From Gammaproteobacteria bacterium (GTDB lineage Bacteria; Pseudomonadota; Gammaproteobacteria; SZUA-229), in assembly GCA_030595185.1 (NCBI GenBank), contig JAUVDT010000002.1, positions 1-61,125 of the forward strand: a stretch of 61,125 nucleotides of DNA, written 5' to 3'. Each line of letters starts with the position of its first letter. Positions within the stretch are counted from its first letter, which is position 1. Below are positions 59,395 through 61,125 of this stretch, piece after piece. The notes under the pieces were generated by a model that worked only from the letters and a program-made list of their open reading frames with translations, made no database searches and was not told where the DNA came from. The position numbers were made by a program, and so were the translations under genes.

Positions 59395-59732
59395 GTATGG
59401 TTGCTTTAGAAGGATTACGTCCCTGGGTATTGCAGCGTTTAACCGCTGTTTATCTGGTAGTTTATACAATTTACGTGACTATTTTTTGGTTGTTTTTTGA
59501 AACCTTTACATTCGATCACTGGCGACAATGGGTTGCGGGTGATATCAATCAAATCTTAATTGCTTTATTTTATTTATCTGTGTTTGTACATGCCTGGGTT
59601 GGTGTGCGTGATATTTTGCTGGACTACATCAAACCTTTTTTAATTAGATTACTTTTATTATTTGCCGTTGCTATCTTTTTGATTGGTTCTGGTTTTTGGA
59701 TGATAAGGATATTAATGATGGTGAATGCATAA
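59391..59732 (+). CDS. sdhD: Succinate dehydrogenase hydrophobic membrane anchor subunit
   Basis: 113 aa, three TM helices, HAWVGVRD motif. Overlaps sdhC by 4 nt. Confidence 0.85.
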   Translation: MSMVALEGLRPWVLQRLTAVYLVVYTIYVTIFWLFFETFTFDHWRQWVAGDINQILIALFYLSVFVHAWVGVRDILLDYIKPFLIRLLLLFAVAIFLIGSGFWMIRILMMVNA

Positions 59733-61125
59733 TGGCCAGTGAAGAAAAAAGAAAAAATATTACATATCGCCGTTTCGATACGCTAATTATTGGAGCAGGC
59801 GGCGGTGGCTTAAGAGCCGCTTTGCAATTGTCTGAAGCCGATGCCAGTGTGGCAGTAGTATCAAAAGTATTTCCTACTCGTTCGCATACTGTTGCGGCAC
59901 AAGGTGGCGTTAATGCCGCCTTGGCAAATGTGTCGGAAGATAACTGGCATTGGCATATGTTTGATACGGTTAAAGGTAGTGATTATTTAGGTGATCAAGA
60001 TGCCATAGAGTATATGTGTCGAGCAGCGTCTAAAGTGGTTTATGAACTAGAACATTTTGGCGTACCGTTTTCTCGTCTTGATAACGGTTCAATTTATCAG
60101 CGTCCATTTGGTGGTCAAAGTAAAAACTTTGGTGGTGCACAAGCGACTCGAACCTGTGCAGCAGCTGACCGAACCGGGCATGCAATTTTACACAGTTTGT
60201 ACCAACAAAATATCCGTGCAAAAACCCATTTTTTTGATGAATATTTTGCGGTTGATTTAATTAAGGATGAAGAAGGCAATATCCAGGGGGCATTAGTTTT
60301 TGATATTAAAAATGGCGATATCGTTGTTATTGAAGCTAAAACGACATTGATAGCGACAGGTGGGGCGGGGCAGTTATATCGCACCACAACAAACGCATTA
60401 ATAAACACCGGTGATGGAATGGCAATGTCATTACGTGCTGGTGTGCCTTTACAAGATATGGAATTTTTTCAATTTCACCCAACCGGTATCGCAGGCCGAG
60501 GTATGTTAATTACCGAAGGTGCGCGAGGTGAGGGTGGTTATCTTGTCAATGGATTAGGTGAGCGTTTTATGGAGCGCTACGCACCTAATGCAAAAGATTT
60601 AGCGAGCCGTGATGTGGTGAGTCGTGCAATCGCAACTGAGATCAGAGAAGGTCGTGGTTGCGGTGATGATAAAGGTCATATTCTTTTAAAGCTTGATCAC
60701 CTTGAAGAAAGCGTCATTCAAAAACGGCTTCCAGGTATTCGACAAACCTGTAAAACATTTCTTGGAATGGATCCTGCTGAGCAGGCAATTCCAATTTATC
60801 CTACAGCGCATTATACGATGGGTGGAATCCCAACTGATCGTCATGGTCAAGTTGTTATGCCGGTTAAAGATACGCCGGAAGAGCCGGTGTTAGGTTTATA
60901 TGCAGCAGGTGAATGTGCATGTGTTTCAGTGCATGGCGCTAACCGTTTGGGTGGTAATTCGTTACTCGATATTTTGGTATTTGGCCGCTCGGCTGCAAAT
61001 CATATTGTTACTCAGTTAAAAGAAAATCGTTTTCATCGGCAGCTGTATCAACCCAGTGTAGATAAAGCGCTAGAGAGATTATTTCGTTGGAATAAAACTG
61101 GCGATGGTGAATCAGTTGAGGATTT
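59732..61125 (+). CDS. sdhA: Succinate dehydrogenase flavoprotein subunit, 3' end cut by window edge
   Basis: Not in the ORF track because the frame is open at the window end. ATG at 59732 overlaps the sdhD stop (TAATG). The translation [30 protein letters not shown]...[13 protein letters not shown] contains the FAD fold and the covalent-FAD histidine. Confidence 0.96.
   Translation, partial: MASEEKRKNITYRRFDTLIIGAGGGGLRAALQLSEADASVAVVSKVFPTRSHTVAAQGGVNAALANVSEDNWHWHMFDTVKGSDYLGDQDAIEYMCRAASKVVYELEHFGVPFSRLDNGSIYQRPFGGQSKNFGGAQATRTCAAADRTGHAILHSLYQQNIRAKTHFFDEYFAVDLIKDEEGNIQGALVFDIKNGDIVVIEAKTTLIATGGAGQLYRTTTNALINTGDGMAMSLRAGVPLQDMEFFQFHPTGIAGRGMLITEGARGEGGYLVNGLGERFMERYAPNAKDLASRDVVSRAIATEIREGRGCGDDKGHILLKLDHLEESVIQKRLPGIRQTCKTFLGMDPAEQAIPIYPTAHYTMGGIPTDRHGQVVMPVKDTPEEPVLGLYAAGECACVSVHGANRLGGNSLLDILVFGRSAANHIVTQLKENRFHRQLYQPSVDKALERLFRWNKTGDGESVED

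Overview
AT-rich gammaproteobacterial chromosomal core region with about 57 protein-coding genes, partial at both edges (eno at the 5' end, sdhA at the 3' end). I found no rRNA, tRNA, CRISPR array, transposase or integrase by eye. All calls rest on motif recognition in the supplied translations and on synteny; no database search was possible.

Housekeeping blocks show Pseudomonas/E. coli-like local synteny:
- eno-ftsB-ispD-ispF; yqiA, yajD, nagZ-mscS-like; hpt; pdxJ
- gacS/barA divergent from cysM-rlmD
- sppA-HAD-rluC divergent from rne
- cysS; a complete iscRSUA-hscBA-fdx-iscX cluster
- ndk-rlmN-pilW-rodZ-hisS-yfgM-bamB-(DUF945)-der
- mrcB-yoaA-tsaB; prfB (classical +1 frameshift)-lysS; ygfZ; sdhCDA

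The core is interspersed with a dense set of signalling modules:
- a CHASE2-class III cyclase with a downstream HD hydrolase
- a CHASE2-TPR-Ser/Thr kinase with PP2C phosphatase and a dual-FHA protein
- a dual APH-like/P-loop kinase co-transcribed with a pseudo-receiver-GAF-degenerate-GGDEF protein
- a single-domain PilZ, an HDOD protein and an LMW tyrosine phosphatase

The feature least explained by ordinary annotation is a 448-bp spacer splitting iscS from iscU. It holds two tandem ~138-bp units, each an 82-nt three-tier hairpin, with compensatory base changes between the copies. No recognisable defence island or mobile element is present. The candidate novel systems are the signalling operons and this structured intra-operon element, and all of them need database and experimental checks.
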